Below are positions 25,730-36,949 of a stretch of DNA of 64,000 nt, one piece after another (the first letter of the stretch is position 1; every line of letters begins with the position of its first letter). The stretch comes from Camelus dromedarius (lineage: Eukaryota): NCBI RefSeq assembly GCF_036321535.1, contig NC_087447.1, positions 32,366,001-32,430,000 on the forward strand, written 5' to 3'. A program made the translations under genes and the position numbers. The notes beneath the pieces were generated by a model that saw only the letters and a list, made by a program, of their open reading frames with translations, made no database searches and was not told the origin of the DNA.

Positions 25730-27007
25730 GTCAGGTTCAAGATGGCAGTGAAGGGAGACCCTGAACTCGCCTGCGCCTACAGACACACCACATCTATAGC
25801 TACAAATGGAACAATTCCCTGTGACAAGGCTGAAAACCAGCTGACTAGCACCTCCATAACAAAGGATAAAAGGGCCACACTGATGTGGGTCGGAGAAGTA
25901 GAGATAAAGTCCCACCAAAAGCTACCCTTGGGTGTGGTAACTATACCCATCGACATTCCCCGCAGCAGTGCACAGGGTTCCCTTTTCCCCACATCTCACC
26001 AGTACGGGGCTTCTCCCTGACAAGTGAGGGGTTTGTGCCCCACATCAAGCACCCCATGCCCTGGGATCTGCCCTGGAAAGACATGCCGCCAAAACGAATG
26101 GTTTGAAAACCAACAGGGCTTATTCCAGGAGACCCAAAGGTTATAGGGAATGAAGAGTCTACTCCTAACAGGGCTCATATGCGGACTCGGTCACCCTGGG
26201 ACCCAGCACAAAAGTAGCAGTTTGAAAAGCACCTAAACTATATGTGAAAAAGACTTACTTGCCAGTTACCATGGGAAACAGTATGGAGATTCTTCAAAAA
26301 ATCGAAAATAGAAGTACCATAGGATCCAGTAATTCTACTTCTGATTATTTATACAAAAGATACAAAAACACTAATTTGAAAAGATACATGCACTCCTATG
26401 TTCACTGCAGCATCGTTTACAATAGCCAAAATATGGAAATGACCAAAGTATCCATGGATGGATGAATAAATGTGTGTGTACATATACACAATGGAATACT
26501 TCTTAGCCATAAAAAAAGAATAAAATCTTGCCAATTGCAACATCAATGGAACTTGAGGATATTATGCTAAGTGAAAAAAATCACAGAAAGACAAATACTA
26601 CATGATTTCACTTATATGTGGAGTCTATAAAACAAAACAAATGAACAAACAAAACAAAATAAAGCTCATAGATACAGAGAACAGACTGATGGTTGCCAGA
26701 GGAGAGGTAGTTGGGAGGTAGGCAAAATGGGTGAAGGGCGTTAAGAGGTACAAACTTTCACTTACAAGTGAGTCATGGGGATGTATGTACAGCATCGTGA
26801 CTACAATCAATAATATTGGATTGCATGTTTTAAAGTCACCAAGAGAATAAACCTTAAAAGCTTTCATCACAAGAAGAAAAAAATGTGATTTTGTATGGTA
26901 ATACATGGTAACTAGACATTATGGTGACATTTTGCAGTGTATAGAAATACTGAATCATACATCTGAAATTAATAATAATATCATGTCAATTAAACTGCAA
27001 TAAAAAA
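25730..27007 (+). mobile_element. Internally deleted L1: 5'UTR joined directly to an L1MA9-like 3' end
   Basis: Begins with CAAGATGGC (YY1-type L1 5' motif). About 500 bp of 5'UTR-like sequence, then from about 26262 the ORF2 end and 3'UTR to an AATAAAAAA tail. Confidence 0.75.
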
Positions 27008-27393
27008 GCACTAATCTACTAACATGTGTAACCAAAAAGCTGTCAAGTATTACACCTGCATTATACTCAAGCCAAGGGTTAAGCCAAATACTATTATCTT
27101 GCATATCAAGTCTAAGCATATCTGAGTGTATTTCACAGAGAACCTCAAAACAAACCCAAACTTATGTTTGCTCCCTTATATAACATTCAGAAAGATTCAA
27201 TATTAAATCTGCATGAAACATGAAGTTTGCTTTACTTACTAAAAAATGAATAGTTTGGAGGACAAAATAAAAAGAAAGTAGCATGAGTGAATAACTGAAG
27301 CACAAAGACCTAAGTATTCATATGAAGTACATTTTTAACCCCGTCTCAATTTTTTTGTTTGACTTATAGGAAGCTAATACATATATAACTTAC

Positions 27394-27440
27394 CTCATTT
27401 GTTTCATAAATACAGTCTACTTCTCCACTGACTCTTCTCT
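27394..27440 (-). CDS. ANO5: ANO5 exon 2 (47 nt; (E)RRVSGEVDCIYETNE)
   Basis: Acceptor ttttttgtttaatttag|, donor GAG|GTAAGT. 40+47 nt restores phase 0. Aligns with human GEKVNKHIDYSFQMSE. Confidence 0.88.
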
Positions 27441-27724
27441 CTAAATTAAACAAAAAAGAAAAAACAATCATGTAAAAATGGCCAACTAATCACAATATGT
27501 TAAAAGTCTGCATTAGGAGGAAATAGGAATAAAAAATTCAAACAAAAAAAGTTCAAAGAAAATAATACTAAAAGAAAACACCCAAGATCTTCCTGAAGCT
27601 AAATTGTTCAAAACAAACTCAAAAGAATTGAGCACCAAAATTGTCTATAATCTAGAGGAAAAGCATCAAATACTGATGTGTGGGACATAATCTCATCCAT
27701 TAAGAAATAAACTTAACTTTGATA

Positions 27725-27804
27725 AATGCAGTTATCAATCCACAGCCACAAAGCTGCTTAGAGGAATGCAGTTATCAATCCACAGCCACAAAGCTGCTTA
27801 GAGG
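27725..27804. repeat. Perfect 40-bp tandem duplication
   Basis: AATGCAGTTATCAATCCACAGCCACAAAGCTGCTTAGAGG x2, identical copies. Confidence 0.97.
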
Positions 27805-28274
27805 AAAACATCCAATAGGAATGTCCATCACTATCTCTTAGTTCTTACCGTGTGAGATTTATTATTCTGTCAGTATGTTTTCCTGGAAATGAACTGCACT
27901 GGTTGCAAGTAAAGTTCTGTCAGAGCACTACCAGTTTAAATAGGCCAAATTGCTTCTTAACTCACAGATAATCTTCATGATAGTTACTTCATGAGTCATT
28001 TGGACTGAAATATATGTTCAAATAAGTTTCTGACACTAAAAAATGTTAAATATAGAGTTCTGATTCTCATTCTCTAGGGACTCCAATTTGCAAAAACACA
28101 GAAATATTTCATAAGTTAAAAACTTTCCAAATAGAAAAAAATGGGGGAGAAAATCACAATGGGAATGAAATAGAATATTGCTACCATTTCAGAGCCATCC
28201 ACAGCAACTGTAATTTTAGGAAGTGTTAATAAATATTCTGAAAATACAAAAAATAGAAACCTACCATTTGTATA

Positions 28275-29120
28275 GCTTTTTTTTCTTTCCCAATTTCGCT
28301 TATCGTGGTAAAATACATGTAACATAAAATTTATCTTATTAACCATTATCAAGTGTACAGTTCAATGGTATTAAATTCATTCATAATATTGAGCAATCAT
28401 TACCATCATCCATCTCCAGAACTCTTTTCATCTTGTAAAATTGGAACACTATATCCATTAATAACTCTTCCCCTTTCCCAGCCCCAGGCAACCACCTTTC
28501 TACTTTGTTTCTATAATTTTGACTTCTCTAAGTGCCTCGAATAAATGAAAACATATAGTAATCATCACTGTGTGAGTGGTTTATTTGACATAGCATAATG
28601 TCCTCAAGTTTCATCAATGTTGAAGCATATGTGAGAGTTTCCTGCTTTTAAAGGCTGAATAATATTCCCCTGTATGTGTATACCACTTTTGCTTATCCAT
28701 TCAACCACAGATGGACACTTGTGTTGCCCCCACATTTTAGCTTTGAATAATGCTGCTATCAACATGGGTGTATAAAAATCTCCAAGATCCTGCTTTCAGT
28801 TCTTTCGGGTATATACCCAGAAGTGGAATTACTGGATCATATGGTAATTCTTTAATTTTTTGACAAACCACCAAACTGTTTTCCATAGTAGCTGAACCAT
28901 TTTACATTTCCACCAATGGTGCACAAGGGTTCCAATTACTCCACAACCTTGCCAACTCTTGTTATTTTATTTTGTTTTTTGATAGTAGCCATCCTAATGG
29001 GTTTGGGGTGGTACCTCTTGTAGTTTTGCATCCCCCTAATGATTATGATGCTGAGTATCTTCATATTCTTCTTGCCATTTTTATATCCTCTTTACAGAAA
29101 TGCCTGTTCGAGTCCTTTAT
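28275..29120 (-). mobile_element. L1MA/MB 3' end
   Basis: T-rich start, then aagtgtacagttcaatgg, gcataatgtcctcaag, atatacccagaagtggaatt. Confidence 0.85.
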
Positions 29121-29123
29121 CCA

Positions 29124-30262
29124 TTTTTATGTATTTTTTATCAAAGTATAATCAGTTTACAATGTTAAGTCAATTTCTGGTGTATAGCACAATACTTCAG
29201 CCATATAGGAACAAACATATATTCATTTTCATATTCTTTTTCATCATAAGTTACTACAAGATATTGAATATGGCTCCCCGTGCTATACAGTATAAACTTG
29301 TTGTTTATCTATTTTATATATGTTAGTTAGTATCTGCAAATCTCAAATTCCCAATTTATCCCTTCCCACCCCTTCTACCCCACCGGTAACCATAAGTTTG
29401 TTTTCTATGTCTGTGAGTCTGTTTCTATTTTGTAAATAAGATTGTCTTTTTTTTTTTTTAAGATTCCACATATAAGTGATATCATCTGTATTTTTCTTTT
29501 TCTTTTGTTCTTATTAAGGTCTATGAGCTGATTGTATATTTTGGAAATTAGCCCATTGTTGATCTCATCATTTACAAATATTTCCTCCCATTCTGTAGTT
29601 TATCTTTTTGCTTTGTTGATGGTATCCTTAGCTGTGCAAAAGCTTTTAAGTTTAATTAGATCCTATTTGTTTATTTTTGTTTTTATTTCCATTACTCCAG
29701 GAGGTGGTTCAAAAAATACATTGCTATGATTTATGTCCAAGAGTGTTCCTCTCCAAAGAAGACAGACAGATGGCCATCATTAAAATTCTACCAATGATAA
29801 ATGCTGGAGAGGGTGTGGAGAAAAGGGAACCTTCCTACACTGTTGGTGGAAATGTAAATTGGTGCAGCCACTATGAAGGATAGTATGGAGGTTCCTTAAA
29901 AAACTAAAAATAGACTTATCATATGATCCAGCAATCCCACTCCTGGGCACATACCCAGAAAAAAATATAATTCAAAAAGACACATGCACCCCAATGTTCA
30001 TAGTGGCACTATTTATAATAGCCAAGACATGGAAATAACCCAAATATCCATCAACAGATGACTGGATAAAGAAGATGTGGTGTATATAGACAATGAAATA
30101 CTACTCAGCTATAAAAAAGAATAAAAGAGTGCCATTTGTAGCAACATGGATGGACCTGGAGATCATTATTCAAAGTGAGGTAAGCCAGAAAGAGAAAGAA
30201 AAATGTCATATGGCTTCAGTTACATGTGGAATCTAAAAAAAAGGACCCAAATGAACTATTTA
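29124..30262. mobile_element. Rearranged young L1 (minus 3' end, minus ORF2 piece, inverted plus piece)
   Basis: All three pieces are homologous to the L1 at 14-1214. Orientation switches at about 29748. Confidence 0.85.
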
Positions 30263-31058
30263 TTATTTATAACTTAGATGATTTCTTGACTATGCATAAG
30301 CACATATGACTGTCCTTTATGATTGGATTTCTGCATTCTGTTGATTTTTATTTTGTGGTTGGCTTTATTCCTTTAATAACTATGTAAGTTTAAAAATTTG
30401 AAGCTTTAAACTGTTCTTAGAAGAAACGAACAGTATGTGTATATAAATTTTAATATGGTTTTATCTTGCAATGAGTTGCTCTTCCTAGAATAAACTTTGT
30501 TTACCCTATTAATTAATTAAAATAAAACATAAAATAAATAAATTTCAGATATACAAGTTGAGTGACAATGAGGAGTGAAGACTCCTAGGCTTGAGCAATT
30601 CGAGACTTCATTTAATGAAATGGGGAAGATTATTAATGGTGGGCAATTAACACAGCAGATGCTGTATCCCCACAAATATCCTTTCTCCTCCTTGTACTTT
30701 ATTAATAAAACCCTGAACATGTGGTGCAGCAATGACCTCTAGAAAACAAGAACAAAAAATAAAAAATGAAAAAACACATTTCCTAGCCTTCCTTGCAATT
30801 TAAGAATATGACATAAATTCAAAGCTATTAAATAACATATAAAGGACATTAATGTCTACCTCCTAAGATATAGGCAAGCATCAAGTGAAATAATGCATGT
30901 AAATTGCTTCAAGCACTCACTGACACAGAGAAGGTCAATGAATATTAGTTATTCTTATTGGTATTATTATTAGGGTATATTCTATTTTATTAACTTCCAA
31001 AGCTGTTTTAAGTTCTTTTGGATAAGTTTTAGAATGTCAGATTAAAGGTAAAAGAATT

Positions 31059-31152
31059 TCAAGTGGTAGAGCGCATGCTTAACATGCACGAAGTCGTGGG
31101 TTCAATCCCCAGTACCTCATCTAAAAATAAATAAACCTAATCCCCCCACCCC
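31059..31152 (+). mobile_element. 5'-truncated Vic-1-type tRNA-derived SINE (camelid)
   Basis: tcaagtggtagagcgcatgcttaacatgcacgaagtcgtgggttcaatccccagtacctc (B box GGTTCAATCC), then aaataaataaacctaat-cccccc tail, matching the recalled Vic-1 consensus. Confidence 0.8.
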
Positions 31153-33139
31153 AAATCAAAAATCTCAGAATGGGCTCTGAATAATAACATTCTGCCTTTT
31201 AAAAAAAGTAAGTAAAAATTATTGGAAAAATATAAAATGTCATACAGTACTATCATTAAAGGATTTTACCCATGAATACTGTATATGAAAAATTCCCCAA
31301 TGACTTGACCATTGCTCATTGATTTTTCAATGAAAAGTAAACCAATCTAGGAAACTCTTAAAATAAATAAAGAATAAGATTCTAAGAAATACATGCTTTG
31401 TCTCTCAATGTATGGTACTTGAGCACTGATATAGGGAGGCTTTTATTTTCTTGAGGACATAAACGGTCACTATTATGTATAAGAACTAAATATAGTTCCA
31501 AGCACAGAGCAAACAAATGCACACCTTAAGCTAGGGTTAGAGGGTATTTTATAATTCTGTTTAGAAAAGAAAGCTGAAAAACTGGAAGTATCAACCCTTT
31601 CATCTTCTGATATTTTTGCTGCATTTAACATAAAGCAACTAGTTAAAAAATACTTTCAAACTGCTATCGGAACTTGATGCAGTGCATTTATTTGAGAATG
31701 TGGAAAGGGGACGACAGTTCCTCCAGATTATCTTCCTCCAAACTAATTCTCTCTTAGGCTTCCATCTTTGAACTTGTTGCTTCCTTGCCCTGGAACTAAC
31801 AACTGTTCCTTTTTTCGCTATCAGTTTTGATGTCCTCCTTTCAGGCCTTGCCTGAAACCTCCCCATCTGCGCCCTGGATTAGCCTCCTACCTGCTCCCAC
31901 ACCACACTGAATTTACTAGCCCTTTCTGGGTACATGGTCCAATTATACCTCCCTCCACAAGACTGCAAGCTCCCTGAGAGCCACATTGAGCATACTTAGT
32001 AAACTCTATCACTTTCTGAAAAGCTGAAAGATGAAAGAGGATAGATATATTTCCTCAGACACCACGCTCCCTCGCACACATCGGTGCTCTCTCTCTCTCT
32101 CTCACATACACACACAATTGGATGTTTACATGCCATAGACCCAGAAACACTTTCCCACTTCTTTAGAGTATAAAGTTGTATAATGATGCATAATCTCCAA
32201 ACCCCTGTCAAAACAGAGGCCTATCTGAAGAGGCAGGATCTGAAACCAACAACTTTAGATCAGCTTCTTGTTATTCCTGCAACTTCCTCTAAAATCAGTG
32301 GAAATGACTGTACTCTTCCAGTAGGCTAGAAACCAAAATTATGAATGGTTTAATACCAATCATGATGGAGAATCACAAAATATGTACTAAAATTTAAGCC
32401 AGCCCAAAGACAGCTTTGAGTTTTCACTGAAAGCACATTACTAAGAATACACACTCTACCAAACTCAGAACCCAAAAATAGCCTTTGCATTTACCAAACG
32501 ATCTTCTCAGTTTACACTCCTTCCAGCAGCATAAAATAATATGCATGCAATCAAATATAAATATTACTAAAGGATAAGTGGTTTGGTTAAATACAATGCT
32601 TGATGTAGTTGTAAAGATGCAAGCAACTTCACATTCAATTTTTAAAACTGCCTTTTCCAATGTTAAACCTTTAAACTGTCTTTTCCAATGCTGAATGTAT
32701 CATAAATCAGCCCAAGAATGAATATTTCAAATCAGAACTTCCTTGCAATGTCATTCATCAGACCCAACCATCAAATACATGGGAGTCCACATCAATATCC
32801 TTTTTCTCCTATCTCCACCCAAATAAGAGGCAAATCTTTTATCACAACAAGAGGAAATGACCAAAAAAAAAACCTATTAAGAGCTTCAGATTAGTAAAAT
32901 TACAATAGAAAGTAATTCTCAGTAAAGGAGGAAACCACTGAGTACAGAAAGGGACTTCTAAATTTATACATTTAAAAGATATTTGACTTTTGTATTACTA
33001 TCGATCATTTTCCCTAACAAATTTATTGCAGCATTCAGCAGAGCCATTAGTCAAAGTTTAAAGTTTTCAATAGTTGTATTTCCTTCTATCTTTAAATTAT
33101 TTTTTGTTTATAAAAAAGAGGGAGTTGCTTTAAGTAACA

Positions 33140-34060
33140 TAAGTGACATCATCAAAAACATGGAAAGACAACTCACTGAATAGGAGAAAATATTTGCATA
33201 TCGTATACGTTAAATATATAAAGGACTCTTACAATGCAATAATTAAAAGGCAAATAACTTAATTTTTTAAATGGGCAAAGGATTTGAATAGACATTTCTC
33301 CAATGAAAATATATTAATGGTTGAAAAGCATTAAAAAATATATTTAACACGTTAGTCACTGGGAAAATGCAAATCAAAATCACACTGAGTTATCACTTCA
33401 CAACAACTAGGATGGCTATAAATTAAAAAAAAAAAAGACAACAACAAATGTCAGTGATGATGTGGAGAAACTGGAATCCTTATGTTACTGGTGAAAATAT
33501 AAAAAATGGTACAGACATCTGGAAAACAATTTGGCAGTTTCTCAAAATACTCAATATAGAGTTACCGTATGACCAGCAATCCCACTCCTAGGTGTATACC
33601 CAAGAAAAATAAAAACATGTTCATACAAAATCTTGCGATAAATGTTCACAGCAGCATTATTGATAGTAGCCAAGAAAGTGGAAACAACCCAAATATCCAC
33701 CAGTTGATGAATAAAGTGTGGTATATCTGTACAATAAAATATTTGGCAATAAAAATGAATAATGCACTCATACAACATGGATGAACTTCAAAAACATTAT
33801 GCTAAGAGGAAGAAGCCAGTTACAAAAGACTGAATACTGTATGAGTCTGCTTCCATGAAGTGCCCAGAATAGGTAAAGCTACAGAGACAATAAATAGATT
33901 AGTGGCTGCCTAGAGCTGGGCTAAGGAATGGGGGGATGAAAATGTTCTAAAATTAGATTATGGTGATAATTGCAAAACTCTGTAAATATACCAAAACGTG
34001 AACTGTATATTTTAAATGGGTGACTGCTATGGTAAATTATATCTCAATAAAGCTGTTAAG
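33140..34060 (+). mobile_element. L1MB-type ORF2 end and 3' end
   Basis: tttgaatagacatttctcca; gcaatcccactcctaggt; ends tatatctcaataaagctgtt. Confidence 0.85.
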
Positions 34061-34930
34061 AAAGAGGAGGAGGAGGTGCAATAATGCATTGTAATTCTTG
34101 GTGCCTCTGAAGACTAAAAAGGTATGACTTCTTAGATCATTTATCATTTTAAAAAACAGTTTCCACGTTTACAACTAACACTAAACAAGATATGAAAATA
34201 GAGTGTCATTGAGAGCCCTGGAGATAGACCCAGAAAAATATATGCATTTTTAGGAAAACATGTGTACTAAAATAGGTCCAGGGAATATACGTCTATGCAA
34301 AGGCCTTAGCAAACAATGAGCAAACATTTCTCAACGGAACTAAAGATTCAAGGAAAGCTTGTAAAACAGCAGCCTTCCCAAGTGCTTAAGAATCTCAAGC
34401 TGACGGACCTTAGGGTCTGGTCTGCTCCTCCCTCAATTAACAAGGATCTCAAAGCTTGAGCAGTAATTGGCAAATAGAAGGAGGCAACGGGACTCTAGGG
34501 CCAGCTCCCTACACAGGGGACTGCTGTCGTGCGCCCTAAGCTAAGGCTCTCTCGTGGGAGGCTTCCCTCTGCCTGGGTTCTGGGGCCGGGGCACCTCAGT
34601 TCGCTAGCCCAGCGTGCTCGCCTCGCCTCCCTGCGTTATTAGACCGCTCCGCGGCGGCGTGCAGGGCAGCAGGGAGGGTTGCACCACACAGGTGCTGGCC
34701 TGGCGGCAGAAGCCGAGGAAATGCCCCGGCGCCGACACCCACGCACCCACCCGGGCAGGGACTGTTCGCCTGGCAGTCCCAGCCTCGCGCGGGGCACACA
34801 CTATTCCGCGAACGTTCCCGGGAGCCGGGCCGCAGGACCGCCAACGTCCCCCGGGGTCCCTGGGCCTGGGGTGGCGCGGTCTACGCGGGCAGCCCGGCCC
34901 TCCTCCCCGCGCCCCTCCGCCGCCCCCTAC

Positions 34931-34970
34931 CTTCTTCCTGCACCATCTCCAGGACGTTCGGGTCGCCCAT
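34931..34970 (-). CDS. ANO5: ANO5 coding exon 1 from the canonical ATG (MGDPNVLEMVQEE, 40 nt, phase-1 donor)
   Basis: GCGAAG-ATG-G strong Kozak at 34970. Peptide matches the recalled human ANO5 N-terminus MGDPDLLEVLAEEG. Donor AAG|GTAGGG at 34930. Confidence 0.95.
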
Positions 34971-35390
34971 CTTCGCCAGCTCGTTAACGACACTGCTCGA
35001 GGCGTGGCTGCTGGCGGACCTTTGCGACTGGCGGCGGGGATGTCTGGGCTGGTAACTGAACCTGATCGTGGGCCGCCGCACTTGCGCGGGGATCAAGCTA
35101 TCCTCTTGGTAAACCTCGCTCTGCTCAGGTTCCGGCAGCTTCGAGGACTTGGCCCAGCTGGGCTTCTTCTCCAGCTGGTACTTCCACCCGACCTGGTCCT
35201 CGACCCTCGGCTTCACGGACCTCTCCCGGTAGCGCTCCTGGGACCTCTCCCAGTACCTTTCCCGGAACGTGCCGGGCTTCCCGGCGTCCCGTCCACTCTG
35301 GCTGTCCGGCAGTTCTGCTATCGCGTCCGGCTCGTCGCCCTCTCTCCGCCTCTCTCTCCTCCCCGCGAGCTCCTCCTCATGGGCCGCCAT
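34971..35390 (-). CDS. ANO5: Candidate in-frame 140-aa N-terminal extension of ANO5 (MAAHEEELAGRRERRREGDE...SSSVVNELAK)
   Basis: ATG at 35390 in GGGGAG-ATG-G context, exactly 420 nt upstream of the canonical ATG, with no in-frame stop. Translation is not shown by the sequence. Confidence 0.45.
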
Positions 35391-36949
35391 CTCCCCGCCC
35401 CCCGGGCCACCCCGCTCCTCTCCGCTCCGGTGGTCTGGCTCGCTCCGCCCCGGCCCCGCCCCCCGCCGGCGCCCCGCGGGGCCGGTCAGCTCCCTTCTCA
35501 CCAGGCCGTGCTGCTCGCAGCCCACCTGGCTGGCCTGTGTCCAGGGCTCCTGGCTCCCCCGGGCTGCCGCCTCCCCTCTGAGCCCCCCTCGGAAGCCCGC
35601 CGACGGGCCAGCTTCTCCCTCCGCCAGTTGGCCTGGTCCTCGTGCATCTGCCCAGCCTTCCGCCTAGAACGGGCGACCCTCAGAGAAAACCCCTTCCCAG
35701 TTGAGGAGTTATTTTTTTGTCGGGTGAGAAAAATCTGCCCCCTTCCTTAAGGGGACCCCCACCTTAAGGCCGGCGAGTGGCTAGGTGTCCAAGGTTCCAG
35801 CAGCCCCCCGCCCTCCGGACCCTGCGCAGCTGAGGGGGCCTGCTTCCTGGAAGCCAACCAGAACCCTGTCTACCAGAGTTGATGGAAAGTCAAACAGGTT
35901 TGGTCTGAATTCAAACTCATCCTCTGCGCCTTAAATGTTGGATGCCATTGGAAGAGTTTCTGTAAACTTCAATTTCCTCTTCTTTAAAATGAGAACCTTT
36001 AGTAGTACCCACCTAGGGGTCTTATAAGGAGCACATCGTAGAATGCGGGCATTATGTGTTAAAAATTGGACTGCTCCCAAGACTTACCCATTTTCCATTG
36101 GCCCCACTCTTCACAGGCTGAACTGGTTGTATGTTTCTGAGACCATAACTACCAGCTCCCCAGGAAGTGGGAGATAAGAATTACTGCCTAATAGAGGGGA
36201 AAGTAATAGAGTGATGAACTAAGAGTGACATAGAGGTCTGGGCTGAGGCCCTTGAGAGTGCTGAGGAGGGTGTGACTGACTTTGGGGCAGGCATGGGATG
36301 ATTTAAGAATATGGAGATGATCAAGAACACTTGACCTTTCTTAATTTTCATGTTACTGTTTTTTTCTTTCTTTCTTTCTAACGACATTTTAGCACCAGGG
36401 ATTACCTTTCGCAGATGAGAAAACAGGCCTTGAGAGAAGTGTTTTGGTGAAGGTCATGGTTAACTGTGGAACTGGAAATCACACCCCCCCCATACCTTGC
36501 TACCTGTTTCCTATGTACACCTCTAGGAATACATTAGTTCTGGTCAAGGGCTTTGAGACTATAGGCAATTCCTTACCTGATGCATTTTGGAATTGTGTTT
36601 GAAATGTGAGTATACATAAGTCCAGCAATAGACTTACATGTAATTATAATAAATTGCCAGTTATGTTACAAGTGTTGGTTTTTACCTCTTGATTAATCAT
36701 TAAGTCCAAAAAAGTGTTTATAATGTGATTTGTTTCATGTTATTCATATATACCAGGTACTCTTCTGGGTGCTATGGACGTTGTGATTTAACTGATGAGT
36801 ACAACCTTTGCTTTATGTAGATTAAACAAAAATAAACACAAGAAAAGTATTTTTCTGTAACTTCATATAATTATCTGTTTTATATTACTTTATTCTGCAC
36901 ATATTTGAAGTGACATATATGAAAAGACGTTTAATGATGATTTTGTGCA

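Larger units (their letters stand above)
34590..35830. promoter_or_regulatory. ANO5: CpG island and ANO5 promoter with GC boxes
   Basis: Abrupt GC- and CpG-rich block in AT-rich flanks, spanning exon 1. CCGCCC/CCCCGCCC Sp1-type boxes at about 35393-35401 and 35445-35466. Confidence 0.9.

Noticed and set aside
27725..27804. CRISPR-like repeat array
   Set aside because: Only two abutting copies with no spacers, in mammalian DNA.
27849..27882. 34-nt pseudo-exon (tttccag|...ACG|GTAAGA) in intron 1
   Set aside because: Such splice-site pairs are common by chance, and nothing else supports it.
31059..31120. tRNA gene
   Set aside because: The 5' acceptor stem is missing and a SINE tail follows, so it is a SINE rather than a functional tRNA.
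35391..35525. Further extension of the ANO5 frame to the ORF-track start at 35525
   Set aside because: That start is a GTG, upstream of the GC-box cluster and probably upstream of transcription start. The first real ATG is at 35390.
34614..35750. 378-aa plus-strand ORF, and the other overlapping ORFs of the CpG island
   Set aside because: GTG start, P/L/R/A/G-rich, and in the same codon register as the minus-strand ANO5 frame. Best explained as an antisense shadow in GC-rich DNA.
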